DNA of 61,313 bases, filler included, from Sphacelaria rigidula (lineage: Eukaryota): the NCBI GenBank assembly GCA_964200075.2. It is 8 parts of 8 records of this genome, joined end to end, with 100 filler letters (N's around TTAATTAATTAA, not from the genome) between each part and the next. Parts side by side here need not be neighbours in the genome. Positions count along the whole stretch, not along the records: positions 46,062 to 53,637 come from CAXNAA020014269.1; positions 53,738 to 61,313 come from CAXNAA020014270.1; 6 more parts are not named here. The stretch is one strand, 5' to 3'. How positions within the stretch are numbered: position 1 is the first letter of the stretch; every line of letters starts with the position of its first letter. Shown here piece after piece: positions 48,091 to 61,313 of this stretch. The position numbers and the translations under genes are program-made. The notes under the pieces were generated by a model, which was not told where the DNA came from, did no database searches, and saw only the letters and a program-made list of their open reading frames with translations.

Positions 48091-51000
48091 AATCATACAG
48101 TAGATTTGAAGATGTGACAGTATATGCTAGCTCACGCATAGATCGGTGATTGAGCGCTTTATAAAACGCTCGTGATGGCGAAGGTCTGGATTTGAATGAG
48201 GAATTTTCTGTCATTTTGCGGTTTGCGGGTGTTGAAATTTCGTCCACGTTCGACGTGGATGTGTAGAAAAGACGAATTTGATCTGTTGGAGAGATGAAGT
48301 TGATCATCGCCGAGGGTCTGGGACCGTCCATGCTGTGCCGCGGTATTACTTGACATGTCGGGTTTGTTTTCGATAGACGGTGTGCCTTTGTCTAACTTGT
48401 GAGTAATGCCGTAGAAGTAGAACTTGGAGCATTGGAATGTTGATAATTTGTAATGATGAACAGTCGCAGTTGATAACCTACCCTGCAGATGGCAGGAGGG
48501 AGAGACAAGGCTGGGTCCTTCTGCCTACGTGAAATAGATTTGTCAAAAATTAAAAAAATATCATCGCCAACGGCATCGGGCACGGTTAAGGACCCGTCTA
48601 ATAGACGTAATCGAGCTACTTATGTGTCATTGGAGGTAGCAGTATAACCGTTTGGAACGTTAATTTCGCGCGGGTTCCTTCACCTTTTGTTGCACCAGCT
48701 CGTCGAGTGTGCGGTAGCAGTACACCGAGAATACTCATCCTCATTGTCGCGATTGGTTCAAATGCTCGTCTTGATCAGACAACGGTGTAGCAACAACAGC
48801 CCCGTGGTGCGTGCCAAGACAAGATAATGCCCCCTTGCACTAAGTGTCGGGGAGGTAGTGTGTTTTGAGACATCACCTTTTCCAATTTTTAAATTGGTTG
48901 TTGTCTCAGGCTTTTCCAGATTCGGCATTAGATTTCTGTGATAAAAAACACTCCCATTGTTTTCGGAATATTTTTCAAAAAACAAGCAGAACTTTTCGAA
49001 AAATTGCTCAAAACATGGTCCCACTATATGAAGTACAGGGTACTACACTGAGCACAAGACAAACCTGCATTGTTATATGGAGTACAGACTACTACACTCA
49101 ACACAAGACAACACAGCAGTTCTGCAGTGTTTTTTAGTTCTAGAACCTGAAGACGGACAGCTACCACCGCAACCCTGCAGCATTGAGCACGAGATAAGCA
49201 CAAGGATAGATACACTGCAGTGGCTGGGTATGCTTTGTTATTTTTGTTGGCGAAAACTTGCACGTCTTCTCTCATGGTGGGCATCAGCGACAGAACTACG
49301 TGGTACGGTGGGCAACCGAGTTGCGTGCACGCTCATGGATAGTGCAGTCTGTACAAAGCTGCACGTTGCTGAAGTCCTCTTCACGTCGCATTGTAAGGAA
49401 GAACTGACAGTCCTGGGCTATCTGTACTGCATGTTGCCCGCTTCTCCTTCATATCATCCTGAACGAAACACGCACACACACACTCAAGACACCCTGCTTG
49501 CAAGCGGTGCAGACAGTACAGACTGTGTGTACTGTACACGAGTGACCATGTGCCGTGTCACGAATTTCACTGTATTTTTTTTATCGAAAGCTTGAACATC
49601 CATCTGGACCCAACTCCATCAAAACGAGATAATTTTCGCTCAGATCGATTCCACCGCTCCATTTTTTCGACCGAAAAGACAGGCCCTAACCACCAGTCCC
49701 ACGTCCTACAGTATTGACAAACCTTCTCACATCGGTTCAAAATTCATTGAGAAATGATGAGTTGCGTGGGACGCGCGCGCTGCACACGCTTACAAAACGG
49801 TCAGCAACGACACGTTTTCGGTTGTTTTCGACACGCATGCAGCCGCCATTCGTCACAGAGACTGTCGTGTGTAGATTAGCAAGGGCTAGCACTGAAGCTA
49901 ATGCGCGTGAGTGGTGGGTGTCTGTGCGTGTTGTTTTGGAGCTGGCTGTGTAGGTGCTGTGTTACCTTGTTGTGTCTTGTCTGCAGCATTACACAGACCT
50001 TGGACCTGCCTGGACTAACGACCACTTCCAGACCAGCCGCATTTCTCAACTTGCGTGCAGATCTGGGTTCGAATCTGCACAAAACTGCTTGTCGATAGGA
50101 CCGGGGACTGGTCGTTATGGGGCCAATCCATCGTCAAAAGGGGATTGTCAAAAAGGGGATAATCCCCTTCGTTAACCCCTAGACCGCGACGGGGGATGAC
50201 CTGCTGAATCAGCATCAATTTTCACTTGAAAATAGAATACGTGATTCAGATGCACTACCCGCTTCGCGGTATAAGGGTTAACAAGGATCCCAACAGCTCT
50301 AGCACTCTCTCTCCTTCACGCCGGCAGCTCAGATGCCGCCAAAGAAGGCGAGTCCCATCGCTCTTCATTGAAGGCGTCTATCTCTTCTATCCCTTTTCCA
50401 TTCCTTTCCAATATAAGAAAGGATAGGAAAATTGGAGGCGCGATGCGAAGCAGAGCAGTCTGTATTACTATCCACGCGGAGAACACTAGGTGGAGATCTG
50501 TGTAGAACATGGGAGAGTGATAGATGAGGGCGTGAAGCACCACCCTATAACGACTGCCCACGAACCATAATCTCCAGTCGGCTCACGAGCTACAGTCTGT
50601 TATCCACTCACGACCCACCCTCAACACGATCTGTCGTGGTCTAGCCACGAGGTGATACGGGTATCACCCTCAAGGAACATACAAGGCCAGGGGTGGCACG
50701 AAGCCAGCGGCTGGTCGTAATGAACGATTGCAGTCGAGTGGGGTAATTCTCCAGCTCGTAGCTAACAGATCCTTGAGTCCGAACCAGCACTGCATCATAA
50801 GGTAAGAGATAGACTCACTTTCACGTGCAGAGAAGTGCTCTTGACTTGCTTGCAAGCGAGATGTCTTCAAGTGGTGGCTGATGGCTATGTTATTAGGCTT
50901 GCTGGGTAGCTAAAACGATTGACCGGCCGGGTGGTACTACCGTACTGCAAAACCCGGCTGGGATATTGCCCGAATAAGGTACAACAGCTGAAATACGACC

Positions 51001-54000
51001 CATCGCACATATCACGCACATCGAGAAAGCCTTCTATATATGCGACGGATATCCGCCGTAATACCCCCCTCTCTTGCCTCGTGCACGCTGCTCAATGCAA
51101 AGTAGGGAGTGTCACGGCTGGTTTCATACCAGGAAAAATCCACTCCGGTACATGCCATCAGCCCTACATCACGCTAACGACGAGAAAATCGCGGAATTTC
51201 GGGCCTACAATATAGTCAGCGTCGGAAGTGTGCAGAATTCGTAATTTCTTCGTTTCTCACAATTTTTCCAAATTTGTTTCGCTTGCCACCGCTCATCACA
51301 GTAACTGTTGGATGCCATAAAATGCGTATCTGGAGATATTTCAATCCTCTAGACAAATGTCGGAAGAAACAACATCTGCGATCAATATTGAGTGACTTAC
51401 GGGCTTGACCGATCTTCGGAGGTCCTGCAAGAGTGCAACCCCAGGTTCTACCTTTTCGGTACTTCCGGTGGACCGACTCGATCCCGATCATATAAGTGAA
51501 GACTCAAAAAGTTTTTTTAAATCCAACTATTTACTGCGCTAAAGCCGGGAAACTATGTTTCTTGAACATTCACGGTTAATAACACCCTCCTGATTAACGG
51601 GGTCTTCGCTCCGTATCGCCCCCACGACACCAACTTGGGCATTGTGATTTAAGCACGGTCTGCTTATTTTGTCGAAACTATCGACGCTGGCACTTCCGAG
51701 TGCTCATGAAAAATGTTATGCGAAAACCCTCCAAAAAGAGATCATCCACAGAAAATGCTGGAGTGAAGTCTGTGCAGTATAGGAGGGAAACACGATCTCG
51801 ATCGTTATTGTGAAGAATTCAACACGTATTCATCAATACTTGTCGTTTCGTTGCGGAAGAGCCGGAAAACGCCTTTCATTGGACCAGAAACGGTCAATAA
51901 CACCCTCCTGATAAACGGGGTATCTAGTCTGTATCGCCCCAAAAACACCAACTTGGGCACTGCAGTTTAAGCGCGGCCTACGCTTACCCCTAAATCTACC
52001 GGCGCTAGCACTCTCAAGTAGTAATAAAGAATATGACTCGAGAAAAACTCAAAAACTACAAGAACTACGAATTCTGAAAACTTCTGATGCTGACTACTAT
52101 AGTGATAACCACGGGATTAAAACGTCATGAGATCAAAGATGGGCCAAACCTGGTATTCAGGGGGGGGGGAAGCCTTATCGTTTGGGGAAAAAATCTCTCA
52201 CGCCCTTTCGGATCATGGTGAGTGCTTTCGCATGTGCTATTTTATGTCGTCCCGGGATCCCAGTTACACTGGGAACAGAAACTACTGAGGATAGTCGAAA
52301 ACTATTTTCAGATGGTAACAGCGCTTAGACACTCCTGATTGGTTACATCAATCCTGGGTAGAGTAGGACTTGCAAAAGGCTGACCCACTGAAAAAAAAAC
52401 AATACGTTTGCTGGTTGATGGGAGTGCGTAGCCTTCTCTCCCGTCAACCAGCAGCCGCTGACCTACTGGACACCGGGGACTCCTATATCTCAGATCAAGA
52501 GTTCTGTCATGATACAGTGTCCAGGCAGGTACTCGGTGCCCACCCTTCTTGTACAATGCTAATTCTACATGAACTTTTCTACACGAAAAGTGGGGCACCC
52601 TAGAGTCGGATCCGCAATCACGGAGACTGAGAAAAAAAAAAAAACATGAATCGAACCCAGGACTGACCAATGGGGAAAGAAAAAAAGAAAAGAGAGAGAA
52701 AAAGAAATATAAAATGCAATACCACACAGCGAGGAAAAGGGCACCGCAACTCCGCATCCATTCAGGACGAGAAAACCAAGCGGCGTAGGTGTTATAGGAC
52801 AAAAAGGGCTATGGAAAACAAGCAAAAGAGGCTACAGAACTCAGTGAAGACAAAGACACTGCTAATCCAACAAGATCCATCCGCCAGAAGTGTATTATGT
52901 ACACAAGGCTCCCTTTCGGGAGGTTGGTACGGGCCTCCCGAGGGTGACGGAAGTCGAAATGTAAAATATACTCTGTATGCCTTGTCAGCGCGCTGTAGTA
53001 GAAGATAGCGTGGGGAAAAATGCCTTGCTGGCAGAGAAAACTCGGCAACAGTGATGAAAAATGTGAAATGATACACGTCCATAATATACATGGGTTAAAT
53101 GAATTGAGAAAAAGCGCGCGAGTCATCGCTTTGTCCGTGGCGATCGAGCAGGTATATATTGCCCTCCGTGAAAAATAAACAGACGTGGACAAATAAACAC
53201 AACTGATGAGGGAGCCTCCAATTACATAGAGCAACAGTTTCTTGGTATTGAGAGTAGAAGATACGGTTGAGAGTGAAGAGCGGTCAATTAGTGAATCAAT
53301 CGTTTCAGTCCCGAAATACCCCTCCCTGAGGCCCGATATGCTTTCTGTAGTAGCATGCCACTGAGGCCCTTGATACCCCTGAGTAGGATATCGATGTGTA
53401 ACTGTAAGCACACGCCAGTGATGGAGGCAAAGAAAAGCACGCACGGAATATAAAATGGGCAAGTTAGATCGAATGACCAAAGCCACTCTCAACCAGCGCT
53501 CTACTCTCAATCTCACGTTGTTACAGGTCACGACTTCGAATGCACACCTTTGGCCGCCATTCACTTATTAAACAATATAGAGCAATGCTACGGTAGGGGT
53601 GCACTTTTTTCGCGAAATGTTGTCTGGTTCAGAGGCTNNNNNNNNNNNNNNNNNNNNNNNNNNNNNNNNNNNNNNNNNNNNTTAATTAATTAANNNNNNN
53701 NNNNNNNNNNNNNNNNNNNNNNNNNNNNNNNNNNNNNCCGTCAGCACGACTAAGACGAGCAATGTTCGTGTCTTGGAATCGATCAGCTGCGGGTTTGTGT
53801 TTCCCCCCCTTAATCAAAAAGTCGGTTTCAACGCAACATGGATAGGCCACAAGATTCCGGCACGGAAACGACTGGGATACTCCCCTTCGAACCCTTCCCT
53901 CTGGCGCACAGAATGGTGCTTTGTCTTCTATCGAATTTGAGAACACGATCAGGTAGGTGTTCCACGCACGGTGATACCATCGGTTGCGAACGACAAGCAT

Positions 54001-54566
54001 CGACGCCGTCTATTCTCATCAATCGGGACCCCGTGAAACCATGCTCAACGCGACAGGACGATGAACCCCTCCCTGCCCCCCCCCCACAAACTCCCGAACT
54101 CCCTACCCCAACCCAACCCCAGGAATATCGTATCCGCAGGTGTGATACCTTTTTGGTGTTCCCCAGTCGGTTGTAAGACACGATTTCTATCGACAGATCA
54201 TGAGAGGGTGATTACTATCGCAACCGTCTTACCCGGCACCCTCCACCAAGACTTCCTTCTTCTTCCATGGCGCTGCACTCAACTCTGCCCAAACCTACAT
54301 ACGCTCACTCGCCCCCACTTGGACGGCCGAGCAAGGGGTCGTGTGAAATTTACAAGAGTTCAAATCTACAAGCCGACGGAAATCTCGTCTCCATCTGTCT
54401 CGGTCACGAGCGCGCGACGCATGCCAAGGTCAATCCTCTCGGTGCTGCATTGCGGTTGATCAAAGGTACAGTGTTACTGTCCACAGAAGCCACTATGCGC
54501 GGCGTCTGAACCTCTTCCCCTGCTTCATTGACCAAAACTGGACGTCCAGAACACTGTCCTTTACAA

Positions 54567-57500
54567 TTATTTACTCTTCTCTTGTTGTGACTTCGCAACA
54601 ATGATTTCATCCAACACCCCCTTTGGAATCTTGGCCCCGGAATTGAGTCTTCGACATGAAGCCGTGACCAAATCTGATGCCATCCACTCGACGTCCGGGG
54701 CCAACTTGCGCTTTCTGCTGGTGGTGTCGACCCCAGCCCCGTCACAACTTTCTGTGGTTCTGTAGTCTTCGGTGAGCTTACCGTTCCCGTATTCTCTGAT
54801 GCTGCAATCAGCCGCGCCGCTGCGAGCTTTGGAGGTCGCCGGTGACCACCAGCGCACCTGAACGTCGGCCTCACTGCCGACAGTCTCCCGTACGTCGATC
54901 ACCTTGCCCACCAAAAACGGGGCTTCGTCGGCGAGGAAGAAAACGAAGTCTCCCTTCACGAATGAGGGAATGTCAGTTTGCTCATCACGGACGGCGCCAC
55001 CGCTGGTGCCCGCCCCGCCCTGCCCACACACCCCGGAGTGCTGAATGACACCCCCCGACGTGTCACGAACAGAAGTGTCCAGCTCCCTATCCGACCCATC
55101 GCCGAAACTACATTCTTCTGTCCCCGTGTCCTCCTTCGCCGCCCCTTGGGCTGGCTGCACGTCGTTGCGCCGCAGGCAGTGGCAAGGTAGATTCCAAGGC
55201 ACGGAGCCCTTTGCGCCGAGTAGTCTGTGGGAGGTAGCCATTTCGTTTTTGATTGTCTCCTGCCTCTCCAAATCTACGAGCACGCGTACGGTCTGATGGG
55301 ATCAGGGGCGGCCCGTGTGCGACCTCCTCGTGGTTTTGATTCGGCAAGATGATTGTTTAATTGATCGCCGCGCAGCAAATGATCTCCCAGCAATCGAGCC
55401 GTGGTAACAGTATCGACAACCGGAACGGGGACACTCGTTGGAGGAAAGTGAAGGACAATCATATACAAACCGTTAGAAAAAGGGTTGGTAACATACTCAG
55501 AACTACATCAAGCAGGAAAAAATACAAATACCCAACCTGGAATAGAGGTTGCCGGCTTTTGCGGCCTGCCTCTTCCGTAAAACGATGCGCGCAGAAGTAC
55601 ACACTCGTACGTCGTCGACGAAAACAAAACAAAATGTGGGAACAGAGGACGGCAGGTCTACCCCGACCGCCCTATCCGCAAATGAAACTGTCAGTACTGA
55701 ACCCTCTGCAAATTGGCCCTCAACTGCAACTTTGAGTACCCCGGGGTAACGCAGAGACGCTATTTTGAGTCAAGACAAAGCCCACTTTCCCTATCCCTGT
55801 GTTGTACTCTTGGGTACTTTGGTTTCCCTCAGCCTCGCTGTCTACCTTGCGTTGGGGGTGTCCTCCATCTCTAAGCGCCATTTTTTTCACGAAAACAATT
55901 AACACGTGCTGAGAGGACAGAGGATAACGAGCCTTCACAATATCACACCCTTTTGACATACTGCCGTACGGCGGGTTCAGACTTAGGGTTCGGGCACATC
56001 GTGAGACCGCCGACCAAGGACTACATCAACACCGGTTACTAAAGTCGGGGATGCGTCAAGCGGAACAAATATAACGACAAGGTGGGGCACGACAGCAAAA
56101 ACCGTGCACGCGCGATCACACGAGGATAGTTTGTGCGGCACAATATAAAGAGGGGGAATCTCCGGTGTGCGCGCACCTAGGGGGTAGAGGGACGCCAGGC
56201 GACTGTGCACGGCATTGTAGCGAGCCAGAACGCATGCCCGCGCGACTGCATCAACGACCTTCAGGTTGAAGGGAGATGCTAACTCCATATCTGGGACACC
56301 CGCTCGGAAAACCAAGTGTGGGGGGCCTTCGTAGACACTGGGAGCCGTCATCCCGGTGAGGTCAGGCTTGTGCATGTACTGTTTCATACCAACGCTGACC
56401 TGGGCTGGCCCCGCAGGCCGGATCTCGAACGACCGCGGCGACGTTATGCCAACGATGGGAAACACGCGACCGCCGTCTGTCAGGGCTCCTTTGAAGTTGC
56501 CCAAGGGGCGGAGAGTGGTGGTGTAGACGGGCAGGCTCGTGTACGCAGCACTGAAGGCCTCTGCCTGCTGTTGTCTTGTGAACAAGCAAGAACCCTTGCA
56601 GTGTGCGGCAATCCTGTTAAACAATCGTAATTAAGTACCAGATGTGGTCATCGATCACATACTTCCACCTGCACACTGACCCTTCAATGTCCAAAATAAC
56701 TCGTGACATCGAGATATGTGTGGACACTCATGTACTGTGCAACCATACCTTCTTACCCATACGAGAGTCGTACTGATGCCGCAAATAATTTGACACCGGA
56801 AAAGACCACCCGCGAAACGGCATTATTTGCAGGATGTGCTCCTGGCTTTTATTTCGTATTTTTTAATTGGCGGGAATTTCGTCCATATGTTCTGTGACTT
56901 GATGCCTTGGACTTCGTTCAAAATAGGAAGAGTGAGGTTTTGCGAATACGAACCTAACCCCGGTCTCGGTCCTGAATATTTCTACCTAGGTTGGAAGTTA
57001 CAGCCGATCCCCAGCCCAAGTGCCAAGATACATTAGCGCGGTAAATTACAAAGGTTTACTGAGTGATCCCACGGCAGGGGTGTATTTGTAGGAACTCTCC
57101 ATCTCATTAGGGTTAGGGTTACGGATAGGGTCGGGGCCTAACCGTGGGATGAGCGAGGCCATACATCACAGCCGGATGATCCAGTCGCATCTTTTATTTC
57201 GCAATCATGCGTTGCTGTCGGAGGTCCCCCACCACGGACATGCGCTAGTCTTCCCAATACCATCCCTGCTGTGCCTTGCAGAAGGGTTCTCATTGCTTCT
57301 TTTGAGCCTCTTGAGAAACAAGCACACAAATAATAAATAAGAACCCAAACAGAATCGTAAAAGGGCACTCTAAGACAGCTGAAAATAAAAAGAGAATAGC
57401 CCCGCCACGAGCAGGCCAGGGGGTGTAAACAATCGATTATCTATTCCAGATTTTGATCCAAATCGACCAATGTCGGCTTCTCGGTCTTCCACGTCCGTGC

Positions 57501-59400
57501 GCATGATCGACTGTTCTGATCACGATTTGTTCTTCAATTCGATACCGATCTTCAATTTCGACGCATACTTCTTTGTACACACCTCGAGAAGGCCTGATCG
57601 ATCATGATGTGGGTATTTCCAACCATCATGAAATTGACCTCAACCCGTCCGATGATGCCTCGAGCCACCAGAGAACCCAGGTACGTGAGGACGATGTGAT
57701 TCTTGTTTTCGCCCTCACAGTTGTCGAATTGGGCGTATAGTTCGTCGATGTACGCTGGGGTGCCGGCGCTGCAGTGCGTGTCGAACAGTCGCGTCAGTGC
57801 CCGGTGGATGGAGGTGCATATAAGATTGCTGCCTGCGAAACAAGTTCACGGCAAGGTGATGGCGGGATGGCGGGACGGACAGCGTGCGATGTTCGTCATG
57901 TTTATGGAATAAATGTTGTTGTGGACTGTGGGGCAGTGTGCTGTACCGAACCACGCGCCTCGGCGGTAGAAGTATCGAACGAATAGACTACGGCAGACGA
58001 ACAGTTACTTACTTCGAATTGGGTGGGCGGCGATACTACGCTATAAAAAAATCGAGATGCGAACGAACCATGCCGACGACCGCCTCACGGTATGATTCGG
58101 CGACTGCATAACACGAGCACCGTACTCGAACTCACCGCCTCCGACGGTCTGAGGTGCCAGGAAGAAATTCACGAACTGTCCCTCCATGAGAACTGCCATG
58201 ATTTTTTGGCGTTCGGCATATCCCCTGTCAGTCGCCGCATCGCGCATCGTGCACAATCGTGGAGGCGAATCAGACACGGTACAGTCTAGTCGACGCACGC
58301 GCGAATGAGTATCCGCCAGTGCCATGACCTGGGTGTACGCGAGTGTTGGAAGCGCTAACCAAAGGGGGACACCGTCGAATGCACGGTCATTTGTCGTTCG
58401 TACTCGCTTATCTGTGCTGTGCGTCACTGGAGAACACATAGGTAGAGCGAACACCGTTTGAGCTGCTGCATTGGCTTGTAGAGACACGAACTTCAACGGC
58501 TCCTGATTGGCCTTCGCTCGGATGGCAGCCCCACTAATGAAAGCCAGGCGCTGACGGTCTAGAGTCATCAACTGTAACGGTCAAGGGGAGGTCCGCATCG
58601 TAAGGTTGATGAATATCTCGAGCGTTGTATCTACCATTGGGGCAAACCACGTGCCTCCAGCCGTGGTCCCATGAAAGACGAACCCGGGATTGAAGGAAGC
58701 GCAGAAGCACCCGCTCGGGAGGCGTGAAGTAACCACAGATATTTCAAACACATAGCTCATGTATTCAGATCAACATACACACAACAAACGAAACCAATCC
58801 GAAATTACGAACTAAACATAAGCTAGGTAAATGATAAGAAAAACGGTCGGCAATTAATACGCGGCTCGTGCAGAGAGAGTTTCCGCCAAGACAATGTGTA
58901 ACTGGGAAACGCTACTCGGCCGCATGGACCTGGGAAAATTGAATGGAGGGGCACTCGCGACTTGCGATACCGTGACGGAATCAGCCGAGGTCGCATAGGG
59001 AGATGGAGGTTTACTCGACAGAATTTCGACGCGTACTCGCGTCGAAACATTTGGTATCGACGGGTCGCTGCAGGTACGAGCTGAGGAAATATAGTTGTCG
59101 GGAAATATCCTCCCCTTGACTGATTCGATACACCTGCGACTGCTTTGGATGTAAATCGTGGCGCAATCTCACATATTGCGTATCGTCGTTTTTCCGGTTA
59201 CATCACGAGCTGCCGACAATTTCGACGAGAAGACGACTCACTTGCAAGTGCGCCTTCTGCTCCATAGCGACCTCATCCATCTTGCCGGGGTCAGCGGTGA
59301 CCCTCACACCAGAACTCCCATTAAGGGTGTCATGGTACAGAGTGCACGCGTTACACTTCATAAATGTGCCGCCGACCTTGGCCTTTTAGTGGGGTCGGTC
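54567..59400 (-). pseudogene. Multi-exon Sola-like DDD transposase pseudogene; exons 59400-59242, 58571-58408, 58224-58136, 57832-57583, 56613-56177, 55292-54567, with more decayed coding sequence probably up to ~61150
   Basis: Four consecutive junctions are phase-compatible and give FMKCNAC...HLQ|LMTLDRQR...FVSLQANAAAQTVFALP...K|GY...GG|SNLICT...LYAQFDNCEGENKNH...VNFMMVGNTHIMIDQAFSR|IAAH...IVGITSPRSFEI, matching the DNC-x-x-x-NKN and GHT-x-x-x-x-D pattern of Sola-type transposases. In-frame TAA near 59387. Confidence 0.8.
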
Positions 59401-61313
59401 CTTGCGCATCGTGGTGTAAAAATAGCTGACACTTGCGGCTGCCCCTCCTCCCGTACTACGCATATCCTCCACGAACGCATCATACACTTCTTGTCATTGG
59501 GGATGTGAGGTGGTCGCGTGTTTCGAGGGATCGTGCGCAGGAAGTTGAGCCCGCAACGCCGGATAGTTACGCTATATGGCGACGACGTTGTGCGCGCGCG
59601 TGAAGTTGTTAGCGCGACATCAGCGTGCGCATGAAGCCAAACAACTTGCACACAAGCGCGATGCGCTGCGTCCCGGGCTCCGGCGCGTATATCTGTACTG
59701 TCATCCACCGCATTGCCTCTTTCTGCGACGCTATTCCCAGGGGGGACGGATCCGACTATTGAACTGAATCAGATAAGACGCGATATTGAGCATTGGGATG
59801 GATATTTTAGTAAGGTTGAGCGTTGGGAACCTTCGTAAGCATTACTGCGATTACGCAATACAAGAAAGAGTCTGCCCTCTCCGATTGTGCCGTGCGGCGT
59901 GGCTCCTCCTGAACAATAGCCCGCCTGCAATTTGTGGCATCCTGTACTTACATGGAACAAGTTAATCCTCCGGTCCTTCCTGTATTTTACACTGCTCTTG
60001 TATTCCAGAACCCCCTACAAAACACGGGATTTTACAAATGATCGGCGTCTTCTCCTATGATGAGCGACGCCACAAATTACGGCCGGAGAGTGCATTTGTA
60101 ATTACACTTCGAAAACATTTTGATGCTTGTGGCGGGTCCCAGCGTTATTCCTTCATAAAAACTGTGCTCAATTTCCGAAATCGCGTGCTAGATGCGCTAA
60201 GGGGTAGTCGATGGTCCAGTAATTTGAATTGGGATCGAAGACTATGAACACCGTCGGGGATTAAAGTGTTCCAGGCCCGTATCTCTAGCCCGACAAAAAC
60301 ACAAATCGAAACGATATTTACCAACTGCTTCCTCAAATGTTTTGGCAAAAAAATACCAGATGAAACTGAAAAAAGACGCGGTTCACCGTGGGTGATGCCC
60401 CGAGAGCGAGCCCCCCCCCCAACCACCGCCCACACACACATATCGGTCGATAAGCGCGACCGAAACAATGGCTGTCCAAGCGCTGCCTACATTTACCCAC
60501 CTGTTTATTTCTCATGTAGAAGTATACAGCATTCTGGTGCGGCATATTTTGCCCGTACATTTCTGCGTATCTGTCGAGGAACGCCAGGATTTTGTTTCGG
60601 TGAACAGGATTCCTACCGTCTCCTGGACAACCGTCGCCCCTGACACAACACCCGAAACACAACATTCGTAAGATTCAGAGGGTTGTTTCAGATTCAGAGT
60701 GAGACCCGAAACAATCGACTTTCCCGTTGATTTTGACATCGCCACAGATCGAGGAGTAATGCGCTCAGCTGGTCAAGCGGTGGCTTCAATGAAAGCTGTC
60801 ACCTACACGATCATTTTGACACATCACTTGATCGCAACAAATGATAATGCTCAAGCAAAAAAAATAATGATAAAATTTTCCTGTTGGGAACGCTGGAGTA
60901 TCCACTCCGACTCTGATACTACCCTTTGAATATCACGAATAGGGTCTTCCGGGTGCATCACGATGAGAAACCCAGTTGAGCAAAAACAATTCCCGTCACA
61001 GGTGTTCAACGGGTCTATGTCGCATATACAACCGCATGTGGGCTGGGTTGGATCCTGGCATGTTCGAGATTCAGAATCATTATTTCGCCATAATATCACA
61101 CGCCTCTTTTTGTGACCATGTGTGTGTAGTACATAGGCATAGACACCAGTACACGGCAGTCCTTGACCGGGTTTGAGCGCAAAATGTGTATCCACCCACA
61201 TAGGCGGATCCAAGGGGCCTTACAGACTGGAAAACGGTTTATACCCCTCCCCCCCCCCCCCCCTCCTCGTCTCGAAAGGGATGCGTGGTCAATGGTCAAA
61301 TGACTAAGGCAAG

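Noticed and set aside
48550-48640. Second mariner copy
   Set aside because: Only ~45 bp resembles the subterminal region at 12525-12570; no TIR pair or ORF found
58041-58571. 176-aa ORF as a standalone gene
   Set aside because: Read-through of two transposase exons and a 183-bp in-frame intron

Overview
Eukaryotic, repeat-dense sequence; long introns, Ala/Gly-rich GC-rich exons and the transposon content suggest a brown alga (Phaeophyceae), but that assignment is inference. The window is not one locus. It is eight unrelated, size-sorted contigs of 7576-7577 bp (1-7577, 7678-15254, 15355-22931, 23032-30608, 30709-38285, 38386-45961, 46062-53637, 53738-61313) joined by artificial N44-TTAATTAATTAA-N44 spacers. 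Host-gene pieces found by manual splicing: the last two exons of CNOT10, the terminal exon of a HECT E3 ligase, and two exons of a VPS13-family gene. Mobile DNA: an internally deleted mariner with perfect TIRs, a 3.5-kb chromovirus-type LTR element with Gag fused in frame to integrase, a decayed APE-RT LINE, a long gag-like ORF1, tRNA-derived SINEs, piggyBac-type and Sola-type MITEs, and a short G-tract-flanked repeat family. The two most notable reconstructions are not shown as genes in the ORF track: a multi-exon Sola-like DDD transposase pseudogene (contig 8) and a two-exon Cys-rich putative zinc-binding pseudogene (contig 1).
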